Positions 41,118 through 51,639 of a DNA stretch of 64,000 bases are shown here, one piece after another (position 1 is the stretch's first letter; each line of letters starts with the position of its first letter). The stretch covers positions 41,666-105,665 of the forward strand of contig CAMDGV010000002.1 of the NCBI GenBank assembly GCA_945898055.1, read 5' to 3'. The stretch comes from Akkermansia muciniphila (GTDB lineage: Bacteria > Verrucomicrobiota > Verrucomicrobiia > Limisphaerales > UBA9464). A model generated the notes under the pieces. It had not been told where the DNA came from. It saw only the letters and a list, made by a program, of their open reading frames with translations, and searched no databases. A program made the position numbers and the translations under genes.

Positions 41118-42275
41118 TTAGAACAGTCGAGAAACCGAAACGGTTACCAGATAATCAGCAAAGGCCGCATCTCCATGCCGGCCCTTAATGCCATCCCAAT
41201 AGCTATACTGACGGTTGGCATAAATACGCAAAGGCGCATTCAAACCAACATTCCATTTTCCGGGCATCCAATTTATCCCAGGTTCGATCGCTACAGAAAA
41301 ACCTGGACGGCGGAAGCCCTCCTGATTTCCCGCATTACCGTTCAGATCTTCAACCGGCACTCCCTCGATACGACCACCCAAACTAACGCTGAGTGAGTGT
41401 TTCTGGCTCAAGGTGTAGATCATACCACCGCGGGCCATATATTGATCAGTGATCGACATCCCATTATCGATATCGATACCCCCAATATTTGGTCCCGCAT
41501 CTCTGCGAACCGTCGGACTCCTCGTACCATTTACATTCTGTGGATTAAACAAGTAGTAGCCCTGCAAATAGGCAGTCCAATCGGGATGAAGTTGGCGATA
41601 GGCATTAGCCTCTAAACTGAGTCCCCATCCTCCATCGCCGGGTTGAATAGATTGATCCACAGGTCGACGGACCGGTTGTATATTGACGCCAGCGGTTGGG
41701 TCTTGGTCTTGATAGAAAGTATCGGTGGCTCCAAAGTCTCCGGTCGGCGCCTTCACCCCGAGGCTCAATTGTAAATTGCCCTTCGGCCGGTCAACCGGAT
41801 TCCAAATCCACGCACCCAAGGTGGTACGGAGATCGCCGAGTCCCGATGAACGGGTCTCACGCCTGACCCCACTATGCTCGTACGGAGCAGATCGCAGGTT
41901 GTAAACCATGGGCACCGCCACCGTGGCACTGTATCTCGGCGTTATCTGATAGCTAATGCTCAGGTCGATAAAGTTGGAATAATTGATAACCTCCGTCCCC
42001 TGTTCAAAACGGTTTTGGCCCAAGGCATTTCGTGGCTCACGATCACCACTAAAATGGCGGTCCGACTTAAAGAATCGATACCCGAGACTGGCCATCCACT
42101 GATTACCTTCCATCCCCATTTCTTCTCCAAGATGCGCATGATTTAAGGTGCACATACCTCCCCCACGGACGGCCACACAGCCTTGAGCCTGCAGCGTCTC
42201 GGTTGAAAAGTCTCCCAGAGCCAGAGATCCTAGAGCGAATATAGATAAGGTTTTTTTGCTTAAGTAGTCGGTCAT
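41118..42275 (-). CDS. Outer-membrane beta-barrel protein (transporter/porin-like)
   Basis: 385 aa. N-terminal signal, alternating amphipathic strands rich in Y/G/N, and a C-terminal ...TVSVSRLF with an aromatic terminal residue typical of OMPs. Confidence 0.55.
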   Translation of the reverse strand: MTDYLSKKTLSIFALGSLALGDFSTETLQAQGCVAVRGGGMCTLNHAHLGEEMGMEGNQWMASLGYRFFKSDRHFSGDREPRNALGQNRFEQGTEVINYSNFIDLSISYQITPRYSATVAVPMVYNLRSAPYEHSGVRRETRSSGLGDLRTTLGAWIWNPVDRPKGNLQLSLGVKAPTGDFGATDTFYQDQDPTAGVNIQPVRRPVDQSIQPGDGGWGLSLEANAYRQLHPDWTAYLQGYYLFNPQNVNGTRSPTVRRDAGPNIGGIDIDNGMSITDQYMARGGMIYTLSQKHSLSVSLGGRIEGVPVEDLNGNAGNQEGFRRPGFSVAIEPGINWMPGKWNVGLNAPLRIYANRQYSYWDGIKGRHGDAAFADYLVTVSVSRLF

Positions 42276-42370
42276 TTCTTTTTTTAGAACAGGGAAGAGG
42301 GCCGCTCTAGACTTTTGGGGTCAGTCCCCAAATTTCAGGGGTGAATTGCTGATTCATTAAAGGAAGAAGC

Positions 42371-42889
42371 CTATTTAGAAAGGCTTTCCTTAATTTTTCC
42401 TACAGACTTCTCGGCTTCAACCCGCACTTTGCCCCAGGCATTGGTGGTCGCTTTGATCGCCATTTCTCCTGCGATTTTAGCCGATCCTAAGGCATTGGTT
42501 CCGGACTGCTTTACCTGCTGAACCACCTTCGTTCCTCGCTCACGAATTTCGCTGGCAACTGCGCTTTTAGCCATCTCCAGTGCCTGCGCCTTGGTGCTGT
42601 CGGCGACAGTGATCACCCTTTCCTGAGCTTTCCGCCCGAGTTCGATCGCCTTGACCGCCGCTTCATCGGTCAACACCGCAACCTTATCCCCTGCAACCGT
42701 CACTACTTTTTCCGAAGCATCCGCAACCGATTGGCCCAGTTGACCCGCCGTGCGACGAACCTCAGCAACCGCATTGGTCAGAAGGGTGCGTCCCTTTGTA
42801 ACAGAGTTAGAAGTCTCGTCACCCGGTCGGCATCCGAGTAAACCCCAGAGGAGTCCTGCCCAGCAAAGAGTCGCGGCAAAAAATTTCAT
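42371..42889 (-). CDS. Hypothetical lipoprotein with Ala/Lys/Val-rich helical repeats
   Basis: The preferred start is the ATG at 42889, giving MKFFAATLCWAGLLWGLLGC with an LLGC lipobox. The track ORF extends to 42946. No enzymatic motif. Confidence 0.5.
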   Translation of the reverse strand: MKFFAATLCWAGLLWGLLGCRPGDETSNSVTKGRTLLTNAVAEVRRTAGQLGQSVADASEKVVTVAGDKVAVLTDEAAVKAIELGRKAQERVITVADSTKAQALEMAKSAVASEIRERGTKVVQQVKQSGTNALGSAKIAGEMAIKATTNAWGKVRVEAEKSVGKIKESLSK

Positions 42890-42959
42890 ACTATTTGAAA
42901 AGCGGCTAAAAACTGACCGATCCAAGTTCAAACAAAGGGTCGTCAAAGGAGACCGTCCA

Positions 42960-45182
42960 TCAACAAAGATTTACTGGATCAATGTCGACCGCGAGAATCA
43001 GATCATCCGCTAATTCCAATGATTGTATGTAAACAGCCAATTCCGCAGAGAGTCGACTCATCGCCGCGGTCCGAAGCATAATCTGATGCCGATAAAAAGT
43101 TTCAGCCCGCACCAGCGGAGCTGGCGCAGGTCCTGCAATAATTAAATCTTTCCAGCCGGCCAATCTCTCCCCTATTTGCTTACGAATATGTTCGATGAAG
43201 AGGCGGACTTTATCCTCGTTGCGGCCTCGAAGAGTCAAAAGTGCCACCCGTGCAAAGGGAGGATAGCGTAACTGTTCGCGAAACTCGGTTTCTTGATCAT
43301 AAAATCCAGCATAATCATGGCGGCGCGCATACTGAATCGCCGGATGAAAGGGGGTAAAAGTCTGCACGAAAACCTCGCCCTCAACCTCCCCTCGACCCGC
43401 CCGGCCACTCACCTGAGTCAGCAGTTGAAAGGTTCGTTCACCGGCTCGAAAATCGGCCTGGTGCAAACTTAAGTCCGCGTGGATAATCCCCACCAAAGTG
43501 ACATTGGGGAAATGTAAACCTTTAGCGATCATTTGTGTTCCGACCAAAATATCAACTTTACCGGTCCGAAAATCGTTGAGGACACGGCGATAATCTTCCT
43601 TTCGCTTGAGTGTATCTGAGTCCATCCGTTCAATTCGAGCTTTGGGAAAAAACTGTCGTAAAGAGTCCTCCACCCGCTCGGTTCCTAATCCAGCAAAGCG
43701 AATGCTGGGATCTGCACATTCGGGGACTGGACAACGCTCGGGAACCCCTTCCGAGTGACCACAGATATGGCACAGTAATTGGCTGGCAGCACGATGGTAG
43801 GTCAGCGATACCGAACAATTAGGGCATCCACAAGGAACACCGCATTTGAGACATTGCAGCGAGGTGGAGAAGCCTCGCCGATTTAGAAATAACATCGTCT
43901 GTTCGCCTCGTTCTAAGCGGAGTCGTATCGCCTCTTTTAAAGGGCGCGAAAAGACCGGAGACGCACCGCCGCGTGAGGTTCTAGCTTCCTGTCGCATATC
44001 GGTGACCCTAACAATCGGCAACTTCTTGTCATCGACCCGTCGCGTCATTTCTAAGAGAGTATATTTACCTTTTTTAGAATTATAAAAGCTCTCGATCGAC
44101 GGAGTTGCCGAACCGAGGACAACCACTGCCTTTTCCTTTTGGGCTCGGACAACAGCGACGTCGCGAGCATGATACCGTGGAGCTTCCTCCTGTTTATAGG
44201 AATGTTCGTGTTCCTCATCCACAATCAACAAACCAAGAGGTTCAACCGGTGCAAACACTGCGGACCGCGCCCCAATGACAATTCTCGCTCGACCATCACG
44301 GATTTTATGCCATTCGTCGTGACGCTCGCCCCCCGAGAGATGCGAATGCAAAACAGCGACGAGGGTCTGGGTTGGGCCCGATGAAAAGCGGGCCTTAAAG
44401 CGCTCCACCGTTTGTGGGGTCAAAGAAATTTCTGGCACCAAGACAATAGCACCCTTGCCCTGACTCAGAGCGTGGGCAATTGCCTGTAAATAGACTTCAG
44501 TTTTGCCAGAGCCAGTGACCCCATGAAGCAAGAAGGGGCGGGCTCCCTGCCCACTCATCGCTCCTCGAATGGCATCCATCGCCACCACCTGTTCACTATT
44601 TAACTCCAAGGGTGTGGTCGGAATAATTTGCTCATGCGCATAGGGATCCCGTTCGTCAATCTGGGGCGCGAGAGAAATCAATCCCTTATCTTCTAATTTC
44701 CTCAGCGTTTCGGCGGTTGTTTCCGCAATTCGCAGCAACTCCTGCAGAGGCATCGATTGCCATTCTTTCAAGATGCGCAAGACGATTTCCTGGCGCTTGG
44801 TCAGCTTAGGCATCACCGAAGGCGACGGCAGAGCGTGCACATGGAGCCGTTCTCGCCATCCCGCATTTTCCTTGCGCACAGCTTCCGGTAAAACACTTTT
44901 CAACGCCGTTTCAACCGGACAACAATAATATCCGGCGATCCAACGGGCGATTTCCAAAACCTTGAGTGTAACTAAACTCCGAGTCCCTAGAACAGCGCTC
45001 AAAGGACGCAGAGCCGAATGGTCCGAGGCTTCGACTAATCCGGTGACAATTCCCAAAACCATTCGATGGCCGAAGCGGACTTTCACCCGAGACCCAATCT
45101 CAACTCGTGCCACCAACTCCTCCGGAATGGCGTAGTCAAACTCCTTCCCAAGCGCGATTTCTAAAGTGACACGAGCAACCAC
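42960..45182 (-). CDS. priA: Primosomal protein N' (replication restart helicase PriA)
   Basis: 740 aa. Walker A GVTGSGKTEVY, DEEH box (LLIVDEEHEHSYK), and the Cys-rich zinc insertion CLKCGVPCGCPNCSVSLTYH...LCHICG. Confidence 0.92.
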   Translation of the reverse strand: MVARVTLEIALGKEFDYAIPEELVARVEIGSRVKVRFGHRMVLGIVTGLVEASDHSALRPLSAVLGTRSLVTLKVLEIARWIAGYYCCPVETALKSVLPEAVRKENAGWRERLHVHALPSPSVMPKLTKRQEIVLRILKEWQSMPLQELLRIAETTAETLRKLEDKGLISLAPQIDERDPYAHEQIIPTTPLELNSEQVVAMDAIRGAMSGQGARPFLLHGVTGSGKTEVYLQAIAHALSQGKGAIVLVPEISLTPQTVERFKARFSSGPTQTLVAVLHSHLSGGERHDEWHKIRDGRARIVIGARSAVFAPVEPLGLLIVDEEHEHSYKQEEAPRYHARDVAVVRAQKEKAVVVLGSATPSIESFYNSKKGKYTLLEMTRRVDDKKLPIVRVTDMRQEARTSRGGASPVFSRPLKEAIRLRLERGEQTMLFLNRRGFSTSLQCLKCGVPCGCPNCSVSLTYHRAASQLLCHICGHSEGVPERCPVPECADPSIRFAGLGTERVEDSLRQFFPKARIERMDSDTLKRKEDYRRVLNDFRTGKVDILVGTQMIAKGLHFPNVTLVGIIHADLSLHQADFRAGERTFQLLTQVSGRAGRGEVEGEVFVQTFTPFHPAIQYARRHDYAGFYDQETEFREQLRYPPFARVALLTLRGRNEDKVRLFIEHIRKQIGERLAGWKDLIIAGPAPAPLVRAETFYRHQIMLRTAAMSRLSAELAVYIQSLELADDLILAVDIDPVNLC

Positions 45183-45188
45183 GGCAAT

Positions 45189-47030
45189 TCAGGGCTTAAC
45201 GTCCCGCCAGTAAGGTCGGTCGGCCATAAAAAGATAGCCTGCTGCTGGAAAGCCGTCACCGAAGGCATATTTTAAGGGAAAGCCGGTTGGGATACTTTCC
45301 CGTCGCAAAAGAAAGTCCATGTAGAAACGACCCCACACTGCGTCGGAAGATACTAAAATCTCCGAGCGCCAAGGGACATCACAGGTTAACGGGGTCAGGA
45401 AGAGGGCGTTGAAGGGGCGCACATAGTCGTGAATTCGATAAAAACTCTCCTTAGGATCATCCCCCGCACGTAAGGTAATTTGAAGCGAATCTCGGCGTCC
45501 GTACCAAGCAGTGGCCCACGGCATATCGGTCATCATCAAGGAATCTTCAGGGAGATAACTGCAGAGTTGTCGAATGGCCGGCAAATAATAGGGGGGACTG
45601 GACATAACTGGCATTCGCGGCGGCAACGCTGAAACCAACAAAGGGAGTGAGCAGAGAAACAGAGCGACCATCTGGGTCCAAGCCTTCGTCAAATCCGAGG
45701 GAAACTGAAAGACCTCGATCGCCCTACGGAAGGTAATCGCGGCATAAAGCAAGGCCAACGGAGCGAACCAAGCAAGAAGGTTCTCGGAATTAATTCCAGG
45801 GGATATTTTGCTCCACTGAGTTTTGAAAAGTCCCTGCCCTAAAATGAGGGTAAAGAACACCGCCAAGAGCAACCAACGGAAGCGGTTCAACCGAATATCC
45901 TGCATGGGCAACATCAGTCCCACTAAAAAGAAGGTGATAAACCAAGTCCCCCCAAGCCGAGGTACTTCGGTCCGAAGAATTTCTTCGATGTTAATGATCA
46001 TTTTGACCAAGGGTTCCTTGAAAAGGCGCCCGCTAAGTTCTGGAGACTGACTCAATTCCAAATGATTTCCGGGAAAACTCAGTGTATCGGATAACGGAGC
46101 TAAAGTGGCGGTCCCTAGGGGCAGACCGCTCTGATACCAAGTCCGTGCTACCCAAGGTGCTGAGATCAGGAGGAACGCGGTCAGCATCGGCAGTAAAAGC
46201 CTACGAAGCCGCTGACCACCCGACCAGACCACCAAACAGAGAGCGAAAGGAATCAGGAGGAGTCCGGCCGCATAACTTGTCAAAAAGGCTACCCCAATTA
46301 AGGTTCCCAACCCCGCGGAGGGCAGCATCAATCCCAAGCGCTTGGAATCAAAACCTTCGCGTAAACGCTCCTCAATTGAAAGAGCCAAGGAGGCGGCTAG
46401 TATTAAGATTAAGGAGAGCCAAAGCATCGGCAGACCTGAAAAAACGAACTGCCAATTGAGAAGGGAACTCGCAAAAATCAAGGCCGCTAAAAGACCGACG
46501 CTTTCTCCAAACCATTTAGACCCTACGTGGCATAAAACAAAAGCGACGCCAAGGAAGCCAATAAAATTGAACACGCCAATCGCAATTTCAGCGGGAGGCC
46601 TCGATTGAGGACTCGACTCGACCCCCCGAACAATAAACTTGGGGAGTACCTTAAACAGACCCGCAATTGCTACGGGATACAAAGGCGGGTGAGTAATATC
46701 GGCACGCGGTTGTTCGAGGACTAAACGTTCCGGTTTTTTCAGCGACCAAGGAAAAGCGGGAGATTTGTACCGTTCTATCAACAACCGGAGACTACTAGGA
46801 TTTAGGGATTGGGTGGTATATCCGCGCCCTTCGGAAATATTTCTCGCCAAATGAGCCTGCTCCATGGCCTCGGCAGCCACAAAGTTCTTGGGACCATCCA
46901 AGTGCATAACGGCGGAGACAATGAATCCGATCAGGAGAAGAACGAATCGACGCACCCAAATCCGGCCTTCTCCTTCTTCAAGAATGTAAATCCAACTCTG
47001 AATACCTTGCGGCGGACCTTTAGTTTCCAT
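45189..47030 (-). CDS. Polytopic membrane protein, possibly a GT39/ArnT-like glycosyltransferase
   Basis: 613 aa with more than 10 hydrophobic segments. The N-terminal AMEQAHLARNISEGRGYTT resembles the GT39/GT83 first-loop motif. This is a weak call. Confidence 0.4.
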   Translation of the reverse strand: METKGPPQGIQSWIYILEEGEGRIWVRRFVLLLIGFIVSAVMHLDGPKNFVAAEAMEQAHLARNISEGRGYTTQSLNPSSLRLLIERYKSPAFPWSLKKPERLVLEQPRADITHPPLYPVAIAGLFKVLPKFIVRGVESSPQSRPPAEIAIGVFNFIGFLGVAFVLCHVGSKWFGESVGLLAALIFASSLLNWQFVFSGLPMLWLSLILILAASLALSIEERLREGFDSKRLGLMLPSAGLGTLIGVAFLTSYAAGLLLIPFALCLVVWSGGQRLRRLLLPMLTAFLLISAPWVARTWYQSGLPLGTATLAPLSDTLSFPGNHLELSQSPELSGRLFKEPLVKMIINIEEILRTEVPRLGGTWFITFFLVGLMLPMQDIRLNRFRWLLLAVFFTLILGQGLFKTQWSKISPGINSENLLAWFAPLALLYAAITFRRAIEVFQFPSDLTKAWTQMVALFLCSLPLLVSALPPRMPVMSSPPYYLPAIRQLCSYLPEDSLMMTDMPWATAWYGRRDSLQITLRAGDDPKESFYRIHDYVRPFNALFLTPLTCDVPWRSEILVSSDAVWGRFYMDFLLRRESIPTGFPLKYAFGDGFPAAGYLFMADRPYWRDVKP

Positions 47031-47090
47031 CGATAGAATCCAAGTAGACCCGAATAAGACTGATCAGGGAAGCGCTTACCTTTGAACTTC

Positions 47091-48185
47091 TCAATTGCCC
47101 TCTAAATTGGCATGACCGCGTTCAAACAAGTGTCGAATCACTTCCTCGACCGGCACCTCTTCCACCGCAAAGTCTCGCACCGGAAGTTCATCGAGAAGGG
47201 CTTTGCAGGTCGCGATCACTTGGCTACGAGCCACTTTCAGACGCACTACCCCACCTTCCGTTGACACAACCTCCCCGTGCCGACTCACATCCCATCCGAC
47301 CGGAACAACGCCCCCTTCCAAGGTCACTGTTACGATTTTAAAATTAGCAAATCGATCCATTACTTCCGACAAAAGGCCGTCAAAGAACTTTTTTCCGTGA
47401 TCAATAATAATCACCCGCTCGCACAATTCTTGAATGTCAGCCATATAATGACTGGTCAAGAGAATGGTCGTGCGACGGCGTCGATTGTGATCCTTAAGAA
47501 AGTCTCGAACCACCTTTTGTGAAACGACATCCAAGCCGATGGTTGGCTCGTCCAGAAACAAAACCTTGGGCTCATGCAGCAGGGAGGCAATTAACTCGCA
47601 CTTCATTCTTTCTCCCAAAGACAGTTCGCGGACCGCGGTCGATAATTTATTGCCCACCCCGAGGAGCAACGACATTTCATCAATCACTTTCTCGAAGCGA
47701 TCCTTGGGAATCCCATAAATCCGAGCGTTCAGTTCGAGTGATTCGCGTGCCGGTAAATCCCACCAAAGTTGGTTTTTTTGACCCATTAATAGGGCAAACT
47801 GTCGCCGATATCCATCATCCCGTTTCCAAGGTAAATACCCAAGCACCCGGGCCGTACCCGCAGTCGGATGGAGCAACCCTGCCAGCATCTTCAGCGTTGT
47901 CGTTTTACCCGCCCCATTCGGCCCCAAAAATCCGACAAATTCCCCTTCCTCAACCCGAAACCCAATACTATCGACGGCCATTACTGTTTCATAACGCCGC
48001 GAAAACAAACCGCGGAATGCCCCAGCCAAACCAGGCTCCTTCTTGTAGCTCCGAAACGCCCGCGTTAATCCTTCAACCTCAATGACAGACACCCCATCAA
48101 CTTGCCTGCTTTTAAAACCAATTCCAACTCTCTCCCGCCTAAATTCTCGTTCGACACACTTTCTCGGCCCCAAAATCGACTCCAT
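47091..48185 (-). CDS. ABC transporter ATP-binding protein (COG4586-like, with a C-terminal extension)
   Basis: Walker A GPNGAGKTT, signature LSLGERMK, Walker B LFLDEPTIGLD and H-loop TSHYM. The true start is probably downstream of 48185. Confidence 0.85.
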   Translation of the reverse strand: MESILGPRKCVEREFRRERVGIGFKSRQVDGVSVIEVEGLTRAFRSYKKEPGLAGAFRGLFSRRYETVMAVDSIGFRVEEGEFVGFLGPNGAGKTTTLKMLAGLLHPTAGTARVLGYLPWKRDDGYRRQFALLMGQKNQLWWDLPARESLELNARIYGIPKDRFEKVIDEMSLLLGVGNKLSTAVRELSLGERMKCELIASLLHEPKVLFLDEPTIGLDVVSQKVVRDFLKDHNRRRRTTILLTSHYMADIQELCERVIIIDHGKKFFDGLLSEVMDRFANFKIVTVTLEGGVVPVGWDVSRHGEVVSTEGGVVRLKVARSQVIATCKALLDELPVRDFAVEEVPVEEVIRHLFERGHANLEGN

Positions 48186-48222
48186 CCTCCCCTTTTAGTC
48201 CGGCTTTTGATATCCAACCGCA

Positions 48223-49599
48223 GTGACCCCGATCTTGCTGATCGTCGACGATGAAAAATCCACCCGGGACGGGCTTCGAACCGCCTTGGAGGATAAGTTT
48301 GATGTCTACGTGGCTGCCGATGGTGCTGGAGCCCGACAGATTTTAGAAACCGAATCGGTCGATGTCCTACTAACCGATCTCCGCATGGCTGGTGAAGACG
48401 GTCTTGCTCTTATAAAAAGGGCCAAAGCTCTTCCAAAGCCGCCGATTTGCATTTTGATGACGGCCTATGGATCAGAGGATGTCGCCGTCGCAGCGATGAA
48501 GGAAGGTGCCGACGATTACATCAGCAAGGGTCGTCTTCAAATCGAGGAACTCGAACTACGAATCCATCGTGCATTAAAGCAAGGCCAATTAGAGACCGAA
48601 AACAAGCAATTACATCAGCGTCTCGACCGTCGCTTTGGAATGGAGAACTTCATCGGAGATTCCCCTGAAATGAGAGATCTCTTCGAAAAAGTGCAGCAAA
48701 TTGGCCCTTCGACCGCGACTGTGCTGATCACCGGTGAGAGCGGCACAGGCAAAGAACTTGTCGCTAAATCAATCCATCAGTTAAGTCGGCGTTCGCGGGG
48801 GCCGATGGTGACGGTTAACTGTGCTGCTTTACCGGCTGCGTTGCTGGAATCCGAACTTTTCGGCTACGAAAAAGGGGCATTTACCGGTGCAAATGAACGC
48901 CGGATCGGCCGGGTTGAAATGGCCCAAGGTGGCACCTTATTTCTGGACGAAATTGGAGAAATCGATGCCACGACCCAAGTGAAGCTTCTTCGTCTCTTGG
49001 GCGAACGGACCTATGAACGACTCGGTTCTAATAAAACTCTCTCTGCCGATGTTCGATTTCTTTCTGCAACCAACAAAGACCTGAAGGCGTTGGTCAAAAA
49101 TGGAAGTTTTAGGGAAGACCTTTTCTTTCGGATCGCAGTGATGCCCATCCAACTACCACCCCTGCGCAATCGAGTGTCGGACATCCCGCTCTTAGCGCGC
49201 ACTTTCCTTCGCGAATTTGCCGAGAGTAACGAAAAAAAAGTAACCTCCTTTTCCACCGATGCCTTGGAACTTCTACTCCACTATCCGTGGCCCGGAAATG
49301 TCCGCGAATTAAGAGCGGCCATCGAACATTCTGTTGTCCTCTGTCGAGGCACGTCCATTGAGCCTAAAGATTTGCCGAGTTCGCTTCGAGAACCTCAATC
49401 CGTATCGGCGGAAAATGAGCCACTCTTGCAAAACACTTTGAGTGGTGGACAATTGTCCATCCGCGTTGCTGAAAAACAATTGCTCATCCATGCCCTGCAT
49501 GAAAGTGCTGGAAACAGGACCGAAGCCGCCAAAAAATTGGGAATAAGCCGGCGGACACTGCACAGGAAACTTCACCAATTCGATCTAGCACTGCTCTGA
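48223..49599 (+). CDS. Sigma-54-dependent response regulator (NtrC/AtoC family)
   Basis: Receiver domain (ILLIVDDE...DVLLTDLRM), AAA+ domain with GESGTGKE and GAFTGA, and the Fis-type [19 protein letters not shown]. Confidence 0.9.
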   Translation: MTPILLIVDDEKSTRDGLRTALEDKFDVYVAADGAGARQILETESVDVLLTDLRMAGEDGLALIKRAKALPKPPICILMTAYGSEDVAVAAMKEGADDYISKGRLQIEELELRIHRALKQGQLETENKQLHQRLDRRFGMENFIGDSPEMRDLFEKVQQIGPSTATVLITGESGTGKELVAKSIHQLSRRSRGPMVTVNCAALPAALLESELFGYEKGAFTGANERRIGRVEMAQGGTLFLDEIGEIDATTQVKLLRLLGERTYERLGSNKTLSADVRFLSATNKDLKALVKNGSFREDLFFRIAVMPIQLPPLRNRVSDIPLLARTFLREFAESNEKKVTSFSTDALELLLHYPWPGNVRELRAAIEHSVVLCRGTSIEPKDLPSSLREPQSVSAENEPLLQNTLSGGQLSIRVAEKQLLIHALHESAGNRTEAAKKLGISRRTLHRKLHQFDLALL

Positions 49600-49665
49600 C
49601 CCCGATTCTCACAGCGCCCCTTCCTCTTTCCCTTCTCTTCTTTTCTCTGTCGAGCACACGACCCA

Positions 49666-50319
49666 CTACGGCGCGCCCAAGGCACCGTCCAATCGCTCTC
49701 CGTCCATCTGGTAAATCCCAACCAGATACCCATTCTCTCTCATGGCTCCGATCTTGAGGGTACCCGATAGCGTCACCGCCTGATCCATCACCGGTTTCAC
49801 CCCAGTCCCAGTCATTTTTACAGCCACCCATTCATTGATCTTTGGAACGGTCCCAAAACAACACATGGATTGGTCGCGCATCAAGAGAAGTTCGGTCACC
49901 AAGCCTCCTTCGACTTTCAAGGGAAGCATAAACCCTTTCAAGGCGACACGACGTCCATTGAAGGCTTTGACCTTGGCGGGAATTTGCCCATCTGGATCCA
50001 CTGCGGGGACTGCGGTCGGTTTAGGGACAGTGCCTGCACTTCCTTCCTCCGGCACTTCATATTTAAAAGCTGAAAGAAGTTCGAATCCGACCACCGTCAA
50101 AGCGGAATTAGTGGTCGAGATGTCCGCGGGACGTGCCACTGCGTTGGTGGCTATTGTGTTCCTCGTAGCCTCTTTAGACGTCGAATTAACCGGCTTAATT
50201 GGCTTGCCCCTGATCACCGGCTTTTCAGCGGCCTGAAGCCACGTGCCCAACAAAACACACACAACGATGTAACCGAATCGCCCGCCAGTGAGGTGTAAAA
50301 GGAAAAGTGCGGGGTTCAT
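49666..50319 (-). CDS. DUF3299-like secreted protein
   Basis: The preferred start is the ATG at 50319, giving the signal-like MNPALFLLHLTGGRFGYIVVCVLLG. The track ORF extends to 50415. The C-terminal VALKGFMLPLKVEGGLVTELLLMRDQSMCCFGTVPKINEWVAV resembles the DUF3299 layout. Confidence 0.45.
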   Translation of the reverse strand: MNPALFLLHLTGGRFGYIVVCVLLGTWLQAAEKPVIRGKPIKPVNSTSKEATRNTIATNAVARPADISTTNSALTVVGFELLSAFKYEVPEEGSAGTVPKPTAVPAVDPDGQIPAKVKAFNGRRVALKGFMLPLKVEGGLVTELLLMRDQSMCCFGTVPKINEWVAVKMTGTGVKPVMDQAVTLSGTLKIGAMRENGYLVGIYQMDGERLDGALGAP

Positions 50320-50558
50320 GGAATCAGGTTTCGTAGACGACAGTGTATCGCACCTATCCCGCTTCAAGCAAATGGATCCGGTAAAGTCACCTCCATCCGC
50401 ACGAAATTCTTTCATAAATCAGAAATTAAATTTAATCCAAGCAGGCTCTCTTGCTTTAATTTAGTTCAAGAAAGAGCTCATTTTATCCTTCAGACCACTC
50501 GGATGTTGCAGTGATCAAAACTTAGTCTCAAACTTATCTTATCGCCCATGCCGACTCT

Positions 50559-51353
50559 ATGAGAACTCCCCTTCTTTCGTCCTCTCCTCACTCCAACTCC
50601 AACCGACACGCCTTCACTTTAATCGAACTTCTGGTTGTGATCGCCATTATTGCAATCCTGGCGGGGATGCTGCTGCCCGGTTTAGCTAAGGCCAAATCCA
50701 AGGCCCAAGGTATTCAGTGCCTAAACCATACCAAACAACTTCAACTCGCTTGGCTTATGTATGGTGAAGATTACCAACAACGACTGGTCCTCAATGGGAC
50801 GGGCGACCAAAAAGGGTGGGTCGGCGGTTGGATCATGGGTAACACACCCGATGCCACCAATGTCAATTTACTCAAGCCCCCTTTTGGACTGCTTTGGCCG
50901 TACAATGAGTCCCTCGGGATTTATCACTGCCCAGCCGATCGAAGCACCGTGACGCTGGGTGGTAAAAAGTACCTGCGGACCCGCAGTCTTTCGGTCAACG
51001 GATTCATGAACGGCCAAAGTTGGCACACCGATCTTATGGCTTCGACTTGGCGAACTTTTCGGAAGTTATCTGACATCGATGCCCCGAGTCAGCGGTTTGT
51101 CTTTATTGATGAGCGGGAAGAAAGCGTCGACGACGGCTACATTCTCGTGTCGATGGAACCTAACAATAATTGGGGTAATTTACCGGCCGTTTATCATAAT
51201 GGGGCGGGCGGATTGAGCTTTGCTGATGGCCATTCCGAGATTCATCGCTGGATGGATCCTGGAACCCTCAGACTGGGAACTGCAGGGGATAGAAAAGCTC
51301 CGAGAGATGTCCCCTGGATTCAAGAGCGGGCCTCGACTCCAGTGATCCGATAG
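50559..51353 (+). CDS. Prepilin-type N-terminal cleavage/methylation protein with an H-X9-DG motif (DUF1559 type)
   Basis: [22 protein letters not shown] is the type IV pilin-like leader. The C-terminal [13 protein letters not shown] contains H-X9-DG. Confidence 0.85.
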   Translation: MRTPLLSSSPHSNSNRHAFTLIELLVVIAIIAILAGMLLPGLAKAKSKAQGIQCLNHTKQLQLAWLMYGEDYQQRLVLNGTGDQKGWVGGWIMGNTPDATNVNLLKPPFGLLWPYNESLGIYHCPADRSTVTLGGKKYLRTRSLSVNGFMNGQSWHTDLMASTWRTFRKLSDIDAPSQRFVFIDEREESVDDGYILVSMEPNNNWGNLPAVYHNGAGGLSFADGHSEIHRWMDPGTLRLGTAGDRKAPRDVPWIQERASTPVIR

Positions 51354-51639
51354 CCCATCGGGTTCGCTCCTCTACCCCCTCAATCGATCGTTCAAAATAA
51401 AGTTTTTGTGGGCTCATTGGCTGGGAGAATTTACCTCAGCATTTTTCATCGGCACTTCATTGAATGTCGCGGGTGACAGTGCCCGCCGACCTTCAACCCT
51501 CTGATTCAGGACCCCATTGGCAATGGCAACTGCTTAGGTAAAACGTTTGGCTTCCCACTCGGAGCAATGTCTACTCAGTTTCACGGTGCCCTCTACCCAG
51601 CCCCGAGGCAGTTCACCTCCCTAAAGATCCACTGAAGAA

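Noticed and set aside
51500-51530. Possible sigma-54 promoter TGGCAATGGCAACTGCTT upstream of the second CotH gene, considered because an NtrC-type regulator is nearby. A second candidate, GGCTCTCTTGC, lies near 50445.
   Set aside because: The GG-to-GC spacing is off by one at the first site and by three at the second, relative to the TGGCAC-N5-TTGC consensus. Both are too weak to call.
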